Of a stretch of DNA of 63,977 bases, positions 51,801-63,554 are shown in pieces. This DNA comes from Guillardia theta CCMP2712 (lineage: Eukaryota; Protista; Cryptophyta), in the NCBI RefSeq assembly GCF_000315625.1, contig NW_005434613.1, positions 342,441 to 406,417 on the forward strand. Reading direction: 5' to 3'. The notes under the pieces were generated by a model. The model saw only the letters and a program-made list of their open reading frames with translations. It was not told the DNA's origin and made no database searches. Position 1 is the first letter of the stretch. Every line of letters starts with the position of its first letter. The position numbers and the translations under genes were made by a program.

Positions 51801-54800
51801 AGTGTCGCTCACGTACTCGATGCTCGTGTTCTGATGGAAGGAATCCTGCCAGTAGTAGCACTCATACCGATGGTCGACCCAGTCAGCCACGTTGACTCCA
51901 AAGCTCAGGGTCAGGTTGATCCGATCGCCTCCTACCGCACTGCCTTCTGAGTGCGCGACGATATCAGCGAGGTATGAGAACATGTAGAAGTCGGTCGTGA
52001 AGGTGGAGGAATTCTTGCCGTTGACATCAATCCCTTGCAGTGCAAAGTGCAGTATCTCTTCGCCGTAGTGCCAGGGTGGTACGATACAGTAGAAGGTGCG
52101 GGTAGGGCGGGTGAGGGGGTAGAGGGAGATAGCATCTTCCGTTAGCAGCGCCGTAGTCGAAGAGTACAGTCGGGAGGAGGATTGGAAGTGACAGGAATAT
52201 GAGTAGCCGTCGATGGCATGACTGACGTAAGAAATTCTGCCGATGAACTTCTTGGGAGTGCTGGAATCTCCGATAACATTGGAGAACTGAACAGCTGAGC
52301 CTGTCGTCTTCATCTGGGAAAGAACGCCAGGGAGTATAGCAACGAAGTCGTCAAACTCAGTCAGCTCAACACTTGAAACCCCGTAAGTAAGAGACGCGTC
52401 GCTGTAGATTACGATCCCGTACTTCTTCCCTCCTTGCAGGTACAGCGGGACCACCATCTCTATCTTCACATTGCTTCCATCGGCAGTGATATTGATATCC
52501 AACTCAGTCCAAACGTCGGAGTTGAATTCGTTGTTTTTGAACCCGCAGTTTGTATCAGCAACGCCGCAGCTCTTCATGAAAAGCCTGAAATGCGAATCTG
52601 CGCTCGAGGCAAGAGTGAAACTGGACACGTTGATAGATTTCTTCGCATCAATGTCGAACATAATCCCCCAGTACAAGTTCGCACCTGAGACAGCAATGAC
52701 GTCTGTGGTCCCAGCTATGTCAAGTTGTTTGGTTTGAGGAGGAACTGTCAGGTTCAAACCCGCGGTCGACATCACCAACAAGGTGTTTCCATGCAGAGGC
52801 GCCTGAGTTGCGCTCAGGTTGTACCAAGCCTGGATGGAGACAATCGGAAACAGACCGGACTGAACAGGGAGCATGACATAAACGACAAGGTCTGAGGGGT
52901 GAGGCAGACTTGCAGTCCCGGCTACTCCTCTCATTACGATGGTGCAATTTCCATCAACCCGCTGCATCATCATCATCTCGTTCTCTACGCGCAGGAAAAC
53001 TCCGGGCTTGAGGACTTGCGGCTGAATCAGCTGTACGAAGCACACGCGAGTGTCGCTGCTTGAGATCTGATCCTGCAGCGTTAGCGTCTGTGCGTAGGAG
53101 ACGCCCAAGTTGGCGTCACTGGCAGGATACAACCATTCTTGGAGTGTGCACAACATGGAAGTCTCCGAGATGTTGGTTGACGGCGATGGAGCGCAAGGAA
53201 GTCCAAGCCAGACGTAGCTGGGGTCAGTGACGAAGAAGTGGCAAAGGTAGGAGACCGAGGGGTCGAAACCAGAGCCGAAGACCGTCACAGGAGACTGGTA
53301 GCTCTCAATACTGCGAGGGGAGGCGCGACTGACAGAGGGGAGAGTCGAGACGTTCAGCTCGGTCCCCGTTACGTTGTAACGAGATCCAACCTTGCATCCA
53401 AAGTCCACAAAGGTTATCTGCGTCGGCTGCGCCACCAGCCTTGACTGTACAGTAAGAACAGCCTGTGAGCCAGTTATGGAAGGAGTGGTGCAAACGTCCC
53501 CCTCTAGTCTTGACGTGACTGTCTGCCCTGTGCTGAGACGGAAACAGCAGAAGTAGTCAAAGGCTCCTGACGTGTCCTTGCCGACAAAAGTCAGCGCTAT
53601 GGTTGAGGAGTTGGATTGGACCCAGATAGAGCCAGACTGTTGAGAGTAGCAGAGATCAAAAGTCTGGAGGTAGTTGTTGGCAACGGTCTTGATGGACAAG
53701 ACAAGGGAAGTGAAGTGGATGGAGGAGCTAACAATCGCATCAGGGTGGGCCAGGGAGGATCCTGGATCAACCAGCACCACAGACCAAGTGGCTGAACCCT
53801 TGACAGCCTCGGACAACGTAACTTTGACTGTGTTCTCTGTGCATGAGAGGGCTGGCAATGAAGCGGTGAAACTGTCGTAGGCAAGGTTTGAGATGGTGTC
53901 GATCACCACCTGACTGGTCGTCCCTCCCCTATTGCAGGCAAACTGAAACTGGTACGACCGTTGCGGGTTGAGCCCCCTGCCATAGAAGCGCAACTGAGAG
54001 TCCAACAAGCTTGAAATGGACGGCTGGACTTCGAACCACCAAACCGCCAGGTACTTCATGTTGGGCTTCAAGAACGAGGAGAAGGCGACAGTGTGCGAGC
54101 ACGCGGCAGTGTCGCTGTCCTTGCAGAGCGTGAGGGAAACCTCGCTCGCCTCCCTTGGCCAGGTCGGGATAGTGAAGGAGAGCCGACGGGAGTCGAGAAC
54201 GATCGCAGGGTCAGTAAGAAGCGAGAAGGTGGAGCTTGAGAGGTTGAGCCTATACGAAACGTTGCCGAACCCGTACCCTTGCAAGATCAGCAGCTGCCCA
54301 CCTGACGTGTACATAGAGCAGACCCCATCCGTCTCCTGCTCGCACGCGATCGCCGTCCAGAACTCGCTCAACATGACATGGCTGCTGTCCGAGTTGACCC
54401 ACCCTAAAGTACCCATAGAGCTGTACAGGTCAAGTCGGTACTGCACATCCGCTCTGTAGCCGATCAGCAAACTTTGATCGAACGTGCACTTAACAGCGCT
54501 CAGGTTCTTGAACTCCCCTGCTGTCTCGTACTTACTATTGCCTCCGGATATCTTGCAAGTCAGCGGCAGGTCTCCCCTGATGCCGCAGCCCTGCACGTTG
54601 AAGACCGTTGAAGGGCAGCGAGGGGAACAGAAGGGAGGCCAGGAGACGGCGTAGCTGACAAGGAGCGGCTGCATGTCAAAGAGGTATTCGTTGCCACCTA
54701 CGTTTTCAATCTCGGTCTCCTTCCCTCCTTGAAGCGAAAATGTTTTGACTATCGCCTCCTCTGCTTCGTAGGGCCAGCTCGGTAGGACAAGGTGGTAGTA

Positions 54801-57800
54801 TGGAGGGGTCGAGCTGTTTCTCAGCTGAACGGTGACATTCCTTCCCGACAAACCCACGAACTTGGCAATGTAAGTCAAGGAAGGGTCCCATGCAAGCACC
54901 ACGAGAGTGAGGTTCAAGTTCGAGCAGACGGTCCTGGTGTGAACACTGGAGGAAGCGTTGAAGTAGTCGGCAAGTCGGACGAAGAGGGGGATGTAGCTGA
55001 ACCTCAGGTCCATTCCTACGCTCGTAACGTTGTTCAGCTCGATGTCAACTTTGAACCGGCTTGGCATGCGGTAGTCGGGGGTAATAGCTGGAACCTGACA
55101 GACGACGCTGCGGTTGCTCTGGTAGACGCCCGACGAGGAGAAGCCGTTTGAATATCTACAAGTGACCGTGTCAGCATCGTAGAAACCGAAGCCGTAGACG
55201 GTCACGTCCGTCGACTGATCTGCCACTCCTTCTGAAGGCGAGAGACTCTCCAAGTACTGCACAAAGTTGACGATGCCTGCGGCCGTTGACGGGGGGGAAC
55301 CGACAGGCTTCCAGTCACTCCCTGACGACTCCAGCAGGAGCAATTTGGCAGAGGGAAAGTTGCAGGACCACCTGGTGAAGGAGCAAGCGAGGGAAGTGTC
55401 GTTGACGTACTTACAGCTGCAGCTCTCGAAGCAGCCCAACATCGAGCCGCAGCGTCCAGAGTCTGTCAGAGTGAAGTCACACCGGTAGTGGCACGGTAGG
55501 CTGGGGGATGAAGCCTGGGAAGCGCAGAAATTGAATCCTCGGACGATGAAAGAGTCAGAAGCGGCGGAGAAGACCTGATCTTCTACTACCCACGTTGAGT
55601 TTGATACATGCAATTGACCGATTCCCTCCTGAAGGGAAGGAATATTCACACCGTCAACGTCGATGTACAGACGTAGGTTGAGCTGTTGCGATGCAGCCTG
55701 TAAGGCTGGAGATGTACAAGTCAGCCGCTGGTCGCTCTGAAAAGCTGCTGGCAGGAAGATTGAGATTTGTGAGTTCGAGAAATGACAGGAATAGTTGCTG
55801 GTCTCGACGAACCCGAGGCCTTGGACGGAGACGATTGAGCCTTGTCGGGATATTGACAAGACACATTCATTCTCATCGCGGACTTGAGTGTTGGTCCATT
55901 GCGGGATGATAGACAAGAGAGAATGATCTGAAGTGGCTTCCAAGAGAAGACAGGAGTTGGAAACCAAGCTGTTTGTAACGCAAACACTGAGGCAGAAGTA
56001 TGAGTGACGGTCAATATTGGGAGCATCACATGCGAGGCTAGTGCTGTTAATGAAAGATGCCTGAGACGAGAAGTATGCGCTTGATTGGCAAGAGCAAGTA
56101 GAGTTGCAAGTATCCTGAGAACCTATCCGGTTCCATTGACATGTGTAAGCTTGATTGGAAGAAAACCCATATCCATTCACGTATATGGCATTTGACGAAT
56201 TGACCAGCACGACACTTGGTGAAATTCCGCGCCAAAACTGTACAAACGTGAAGCTCAGCTGCGAGTTGGAGACTGCAGGCACAAGGCGGGATGTTCCTGT
56301 CTCTTGGAAGAGAGAAACGTTCGCTGAAGAATCGGAGGAGAAGAAAGATTTGGGGATCAAACACGTCATGCTCGTGCTCGACCAAACTTGACAAGGTCCT
56401 TTGACTGATAGCACACTCTCGTTCATCGCTGCTTGTCTGAATTCCAGCAAGTAAGGTGAGATGGTACTGAATCCGATCCCAGTCACGTTGATTGAAAGCC
56501 CTCCCTCCGCCAGGCCCTCCACTGGCGATATAGACGACACACCACCTGCCTCGTAGTAGACGTCATAGTTCTCCATGCCATCAGTCTGTCTCAGCAACGA
56601 ACCCTCTTCTAGCACCTTAACGTCAATATTGCTTGACTGGACTGACATCGGCCATTGAGGAGCAAAAAAGTGAAGCTCGTTGTCAGCAATGTATTGGAAG
56701 ATTGAGGAGTTGACGGAGACGCCGTTAGAGTCTGAGAGAGAACAGCTGTACTGCTTGTGATTATCAAAGCCGCCACCTCTGACTGTCAGCGTGTAACTGC
56801 CTCCGTTGGGGAAGACGGCGCTGTAGATCTTTTGCACAATGGAGTAATAGAGAAATGAGTTTGAGTGCGTGCTCGATAAAGGGAAGCCCTGCCGGAAGAG
56901 CTGGACGCTAGCAAGGCATGCATGATATCGCCATGTCGGTACTCTACATAGGACGACGGCTGGGGAGACTGCAGCAAGTTTGATGGGCGAGTTTCTGGTA
57001 AAATTGCCACAGGTAAAAGAGCAACTGAAAAGGATTTCATCTGGATTGGCAGAGCTGAAGTAAAATCCACCACCGCTGATCGTGATCAGCATATTCCCCA
57101 AAGACGAGCCGGTGCTGGGAGAAAGGCTTCTCCATGAGCCTGTGTGAACTGGTCAAAGAAGAGGAGGAACTATCAATACTTCACCCGTGAAATAAATAGG
57201 ATGCTCCTCCCCACGATTCGTGACAACCGAGAAATTCTCCCCCCTGAGCAGGGTAAAAGTTGCCATGCTCTCTGTACGGTTCCAATACGGAGCTGGACAA
57301 AGCACGGTGAAGAATCCGACCACGAGAGCTTGAGTATCAAACGGCGAATTTCCATCAAGTGGCGAATATCTACCAAGGCACAAGAGTTTCAGAAGAGTAA
57401 AGAGATGTAACTAAAAGGGAGTACCGGCAAGTATATGAGAAATTCTCATTGAAACCGAATCCATCGACACGGACTGCATACGGCGAAGTTGACAGCAGGT
57501 ATGTTTCATTCGCACTCGTCCAACCATCTGTGCACGAGATTTAGGAATTGAGAGGTCAAAAGCAATGTACCTAGAAAGTGGATAGTTTGATTTATGGCAT
57601 CACCGACAAAACTCAAGTCAGATCCCCCGTGTTTGACAACAACTTGCACTAGAGTAGACGCCTTATCCCACGCAAATGTTCCACATCTCAGCAAACTGTC
57701 GCTTTCATATGATGCGGTAACATGTGTCTCCATCCCAAACCAACATTCATAATCCAAACCACTGAGGAAATTATTCCCGGAAATCAAAACTGAAACATCG

Positions 57801-57943
57801 ACGTTGGCATCCACTTCTCTTGGGGAAATGGCATAATATGTGTTGTCCGTGATATCAATGCTAAGGGTGACAGGTAAAAGTAAAAGAGCAAGAGCATTCG
57901 CGATCCTCGCCAGGCAACGGGATCGAAGATATGAAATCTTCAT
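30823..57943 (-). CDS. giant secreted repetitive adhesin/matrix-like protein (~8,000-8,500 aa): signal peptide, IPT/TIG repeats, cadherin-like repeats, LamG, EPTP-like and other beta-propellers; frame break near 43570
   Basis: The minus-strand ORFs 57506-57943, 57153-57383, 51099-57101, 43459-51102, 39825-43592, 39273-39740, 38552-39259, 37580-38191, 37227-37562, 36002-36673, 31592-35977 and 30823-31413 are collinear. The junctions I checked join through ~45-62 nt GT-AG introns (e.g. 51041-51102). The N-terminus MKISYLRSRCLARIANALALLLLPVTLS is signal-peptide-like and N-glycosylation sequons are abundant. Confidence 0.8.
43122..43568. repeat. near-identical 102-bp direct repeat (43122-43223 and 43467-43568; period 345 bp = 115 aa) inside the giant gene
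   Basis: Both copies encode LQDNGGVEYGGQNVSQVTGIEIEIIPVNDAPTFE; 4 synonymous mismatches counted by eye. Confidence 0.93.
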
Positions 57944-59321
57944 TGATCTGGTTGTTTTGGACTTCAGGTTCTCAAGACAGATCGTCGAACACGGGTTGGA
58001 AATTCATCTCCACTAAAGGCAGACCTAAACAAAATTCAGTATTCTGTGGGATTAATACATCAAGGTATGAATTCTGAGGCTTGCACATTTTACGCTCATG
58101 AGATCAACAACAACAGAGATTCACGATCACGACTTCCTTGCGAACACATGTTCGCAAACATAGGAAATAAGGAATCATGAAGGCAACAAAGATATGCGGG
58201 AGAAGGAGGAAAAGGACCAAAGGAATGAGCATGCGAAGGCGAGAGAAGAGGAGGCGGAGAGGGAAAGGGAAAGGGAAAGGAAACTAACAACGAATGAGCC
58301 CAGGAGGAGCAGGAGGGTCACGAGGGTTAGCGGCAGCGGTATATATTGGGCGCGCGGCGATTCAGCCATGCTGTGCCCTAGTCATATTGACAAGTACTCC
58401 ACGACTGAGGGGTATACCATGAGACATGTAGGGGGGGTGTTTGATAGAGTACCCCTCCATTTTAGGTGAAATTATACGGTAACAAGGATTGTAGAATCTG
58501 TAGAAAGGGGTAGGGGTGTTAGAAGGAGGGTAGTGGGAGGGGTGGTGTCTCTTGGTTTGAAGGGTGCGAGTCATGGACCGCGAAAGATGGAAGACCAGAA
58601 GTGCCCTGACCGGGCCGGCCGGGCCGCGCCGCAATGCGGCGTGACGGTCCGGCACAGCCCCGAGGCCGGGGGCGGGCCACGCGGCGGCGCGGGGGCTGCG
58701 GCCCCCGGGGCCAGGCTTCAGTGTCCAGGCCATCTCATCAGTGATCGCGTAAAACTGTATGAATACCTAGCTCAGCGGCATTTGTGACTCGGATCGGAAG
58801 GCCGCTGAGTGCTTGGCATATTAGCCGATGATCACTATAGTATGGCATGTTGTGTAAGAAGCTTGCCATGATGATCAAAGATAAACCAAGCCCAGGCTGG
58901 AAAATGCATAGCGAACTTCCGATCATCGAAATCCCCATTCAGAAAGAAAGCAATACTGTGACTGAGACGCCGGAAAGTTCGTCATCACGGCATCGCGGCT
59001 CCGAGTGGACTGAGGCTGCAAACCATCATGAAGCTGCAATACCCACGCGTAGCATCGAAGCGCGGGGTTTGCCACTCCTCTTCTAGCACGCGATAGGCTT
59101 TGATTCGACCAGGCGACTTTAGAAGCTCTGGGTCAAGGGGCTAGATACCCTACCTAGACATCCCTCGCCGCCGTTGACAGAACCAGCCTCGAGCTCCTCC
59201 TCTGCCTTGAGCCAGGCTTCCACAGGAAAACGGCCACCAGTACCGGCTTTATTCACAAACATACCATACCATGCTCAGAGATCTATCAGTCGGACTATCA
59301 CACATGCTACGTCACACGCAA

Positions 59322-59846
59322 TCAATGGAGAAATGCTCGCCAAGCACATAGCGCCACACAAATCAAGGACGTCAGGCTCCAGCTGGTGAGGGTCCTGGGA
59401 GCAGCGCTGTAGGTGTAGCCGGCTTTAGTGACATCTGCCTCTGTCATGGCGCACCCCTGATACTTGACGTAGTCGCCACCAGTACCCTTCTCGCAAGGAG
59501 CACTGGCTGCAACCTTGGAAACAGTAGAAGTCGGGGCTCCGGTGCAGCCTGAGGCGGTGTAGCTCTCGAAGTTGAACACGCCGCTGGTCGTGTTGCAAGT
59601 CATCTTGACATAGTATGTGGTCCCGCTGCTGATCGTGGGATAACAGTTGCCGGTCTTAGCAGTGGACTCCAAGGAATTCTTGGCAAGGTAGACATCATCC
59701 ACGGCCAACTTCTTAGAAGACCCAGTGCAGGTAGTGTCAGAGGACGAGTAGGAGAGGTACTCGTAGAAGACAGATGGCTGTGCCTCTGCCACCGTAGCAA
59801 GCAGGCAGCACATCACAGCCAAGGAAGCAGCTAGTCTCGCAGACAT
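59322..59846 (-). CDS. intronless 174-aa Ser/Thr/Cys-rich secreted protein, probably GPI-anchored
   Basis: Signal peptide MSARLAASLAVMCCLLATVAEA, six Cys in the mature region, and C-terminal small residues (SAA) followed by a hydrophobic tail with no cytosolic domain. Confidence 0.8.
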   Translation of the reverse strand: MSARLAASLAVMCCLLATVAEAQPSVFYEYLSYSSSDTTCTGSSKKLAVDDVYLAKNSLESTAKTGNCYPTISSGTTYYVKMTCNTTSGVFNFESYTASGCTGAPTSTVSKVAASAPCEKGTGGDYVKYQGCAMTEADVTKAGYTYSAAPRTLTSWSLTSLICVALCAWRAFLH

Positions 59847-60407
59847 GGCGTTCGTACCCTCCGCTCCTCCTGCCCGTGCCAAATAAAAAGCGAAACCCCC
59901 CGATATTCCCCCACCCGTACATTCCCCTATTCTCCACCCACCCTGCCAAGAGGTAGCCCTCAAAGCGTCCTACCCTTCGAGGATTAGAGGGGTCACTGCC
60001 ATCACCACCCCTTGATCAATCAAATTGGAGCAGTCAATTACAGGGGTGGGGTGCATGTCGGCCCAGAGGGTGGGGTAGGGTCTATAAACAAGTTCATCAC
60101 TGACGGGTGCTGAAGTTGACAAGAAGTACCACCCCACCCCCGATTGGTGAGGGATCATCGGATCTGACGGGGGTGCAAGGGGGTCCGTTGTTGTCAAGGC
60201 TGCTAGCTGTCTGGCTAGCTGCTGTTCAACGGTTTGACCCTTCTCCTCGAGTAAATTCTACGGTTGACACTGCCAGGATGGACCATCATGGCATTGCTCT
60301 CAACTACTTCTACTCTGCCATACGAGGCTGCTGCACTCGCACTGCTCCTGCGACAGTTCGACGGCTCTCGGATAGTCTTTCATGTAGGAGCAGGGATACA
60401 TAGCCGT

Positions 60408-63363
60408 CTATTGCCAGGAACCGACCGAGTCATGCCACTGACTTTGACATCGGCTTTGAATTTGATATCCGTTGATATCGGCAATCCCTGAAAGAGCCGG
60501 TGATGTACGTGTGGAGAGACTCGCGACAAAGGTGGTGGTGGTGGTGGTGGTGGTGGTGGTGGAGGAGGAGGAGGAGGAGGAGGAGGAGGAGGAGGAGGAG
60601 GGAGGAGAGAGGAGGAGAAAGTGCAAGGATAGGAAGAAGAAGAAAATGAGGTAGAGGACGAGGGTGTAGAGGACGATGACGTAGTGGACAGAGATGCTGA
60701 AGATGAGGAGGTGGAGAACGAGGAGTTACGGAGGGGAAAAAGTAGAGATGGGAAGATGGAATAAAGTAGCAGGAGGAGGAGGAGCAGGAGGAGCAGGAGC
60801 AGCAGGAGGAGGAGCACGAGCACGAGTAGGAGGAGGAGGAGGAGGAAGAAGAGGAAGAGTACGAGTAGTAGTAGTAGGAGGAGGAGGAGTAGGAGGAGGA
60901 GGGAGATAGGCTTCAGCTCACCACTGGCTTGATCGATCTTGGAGAAGTCCAGCTTGCCGATACAGGACGCTGGCTCAGCATTCTTCTTGCTCTCTTGCCC
61001 TTCAGCAGGCACCTGCTTGCTCTCGTTCTCCTTGTTCGCAGCCTTGACAACTGCCATCCGTCAGTCATCCCTTGCTCCTCCCTGCCTCCCCTCCACCAAC
61101 TCCACGGACATGCCCTCCACTTCCCCTCCATAGCCTTCCCACTCTGTCCTCCTCCCTCTCAGTTAGCTCCCTCTCCATCCCACCTGAGCTCACGGCCGAC
61201 CGGAGCTTGGAGATCGCCGAGTGCGGAGCTGACTTCTCAGCAGGAGTCCCATCCCCAGCTGCCCTCGAAGGTCCTCGAGGGGTCGCGGAGGTTTGCGGGA
61301 CCGCGGCCTTCCCTCCCTTCTTCGCTCTCGCCTCCTCCTTTGCCTTGCTGATGGTCTTCTCCTCCTCCTCCAGCTCCTCCAGCGTCCTCACGCCGTTGAG
61401 CTGGAACTTAATCTCGTACGCCTCCTCGAACTCCACGATCGCAGCTTTCAGCTTCTCCCGCAGCTTCGGCAGCTCCTTGTTGACCATGTTGCGCACCTTC
61501 TCCTCCTTCTTCAGCTGCTCAGCCATCCCTCGTCCGCGACCCAGCAGGCGGTTGGGGTCGGCGAGGGCCTCCTTCATGGCCTCGTCCTCTTGATGGATGA
61601 AGGCCTTACGGTCCACCAGCTTGATGATCGGCTGCATGGCGGCGAGCCGGTCGCGGGACTGAGCGAGGTACTCCTCGTGAACAAAGAGCGCCTGCTCGGT
61701 GAAGACCTCCTGCTGGGCAGGAGCGAAGGACTTCCTCTCGTCCTCGGTCAACCTCATCTCGTCCCACACTTGGCGGATCGACTCTCTCACTTCCTGGATC
61801 AGCTCCTTCATCATCGCACGCTTCACCTCCTCCAGCCTTCCGATCTCGCTCTCCATGCTGCTCAGGATCGCGCGCGTGATGCCCTCGTGCTGCTTCTTGA
61901 ACTCTTCCACCTCCGCCTCCTCCGCCCTTGTCCTCCCCCACAAGGCGTGCAGAGTCTCCATCAGCTCCCTGTGCTTCTCCTTCCTCCCGCTCTTCTCCTT
62001 CTCTAGCTCCTCCAGTCGCACCTGCAGCAGCCATCACGGCGACGTCGGGCAAACAAACTCTTCCTCACCTGAAGGGTGTTGAGGTTTTCCAGCGTCAGTT
62101 TGATTTCCTCCACCGCCAGCAGCTTCTTGTCAACCTCGCAAACTCCCTCCTCCTGCACGTCTCCATCACTTTCTCCAACGGACAAGGTAGAGTCTGTCGT
62201 CACCGACTGAGTGTACATGCCAAGTTCGCACCACAGGGCCTGATGTATCAATCAAGGGCAGCACAGCAAGAAGCATCGCTCAACCTGGATCTCTTTGATC
62301 AATGTCTCTCTCTTCTGGGATCGGTTTTGCTGCTCAACAACATCATCGCGAGCAAGGCACGCTTGACAGCCTTGCCTTCTCCTTCTTCATCTCCTGGATC
62401 CTCGACTCAAACTGCTCGATGCGGTTGAGAGTGAAGTCCGACAGAACCTGAAGGCCCCAGGGGTCAGCGACAGGAGACCTCACGACAAATCGACGGCATC
62501 TGCATACCTTCAAGAACTTTGTTTGCTCTGTGGTAAGAGTATCATCCAGGTCATAGTACAAAGCACTCAATTCCTCCGCCTGTCCCCAAGTCAGGATCAT
62601 TCTCTCGCTCTCTTCGGATTACCCTCGACGACAAGATCGCCGCTCGTTCAGCCTTCTTGGCCTCCAAGACTTCCAAGTACTCTGCCAATATCACTTCACC
62701 GATCTCTCACCATCTCATCTCTCCCCCACCTTTGTGTGCCGTAAGGCAAGCTCGTAGGGTATCATGAGCTTTCAGCTCGTCGATCTTCGACGGCTCCCCT
62801 ACCTCCAGCTCGATCGTGCAGACCCGAGCTCCGACAAGGCGCACCTGACTGACCAGGTTGCACTTGACCTCTTGCGTGCTGCTCAGCTTCGTCTCGAAGA
62901 CTCGCTTCACCTCCGCAAACATCTCAGCCTTCGCGTTGTCGCACTCGTAGTCTGTATAGCCGATCTCGTTCCACAACGACTTGAGGGTCGTCAGAGCTGC
63001 TTCTGAAAGCCGAACTAGATCCTCGGGTTGTCCACAAGCTTGAGTTGCACAGAAGTTTTTCAGATCCTGGGGTGTTGTCTCATGGACCTGCATGATTTCT
63101 GGATCATTACACACAGCAATTGCTTCCTCCGAGCCTGCAAGACCATCTGCTTGCTGTGAAATATCATCCTTACAATCATCGCTTGCGCCTTCAGCTCCAT
63201 CTTCCTTGTCGTCAACCACCGTTTGCACAACTTCCTCACTGGGCTGAACAGCCTCGGTTGTGCTATCTTTGTTTTGATTGTCGAGTATTGGAAATTTCCA
63301 CTCCACTCTTTCAGAGTCTGTCGCAACACTGGGACTCTGATTCACTATATTCTCCATCTCCAT
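60408..63363 (-). CDS. MAP65/ASE1/PRC1-family microtubule-bundling protein (multi-exon; last exon inferred)
   Basis: LTTLKSLWNEIGY, IHQALWCELGM, LHALWGR..EIGRLEEVKRAMMKELIQEVRESIRQVWDEM, DPNRLLGRGRG..LKKEEKVRNMVNKELPKLREKLKAAIVEFEE..FQLNG. Confidence 0.92.
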
Positions 63364-63554
63364 CCGTCTGATTTGCCAAAATAACTTCTGCAAAGAAAGG
63401 ATCAGTGAATACCTAGATGTCACACATAGGATGAAAATAAATCATGTCTGTCTCGTTCCAATCTACGACAAATGTCTATGAAGGGTAAAGACATCCAAGA
63501 GAAAGCAGAGTAGGAAGCGCAGAGGAAAGCAATACACCGTGATAAATTTCTGCC

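Noticed and set aside
58768-58815. TAGCTCAGCGG tRNA A-box-like sequence
   Set aside because: No T-loop GTTCRA and no cloverleaf.
61072-62082. Several + strand ORFs
   Set aside because: Antisense to the MAP65 coiled-coil exon.
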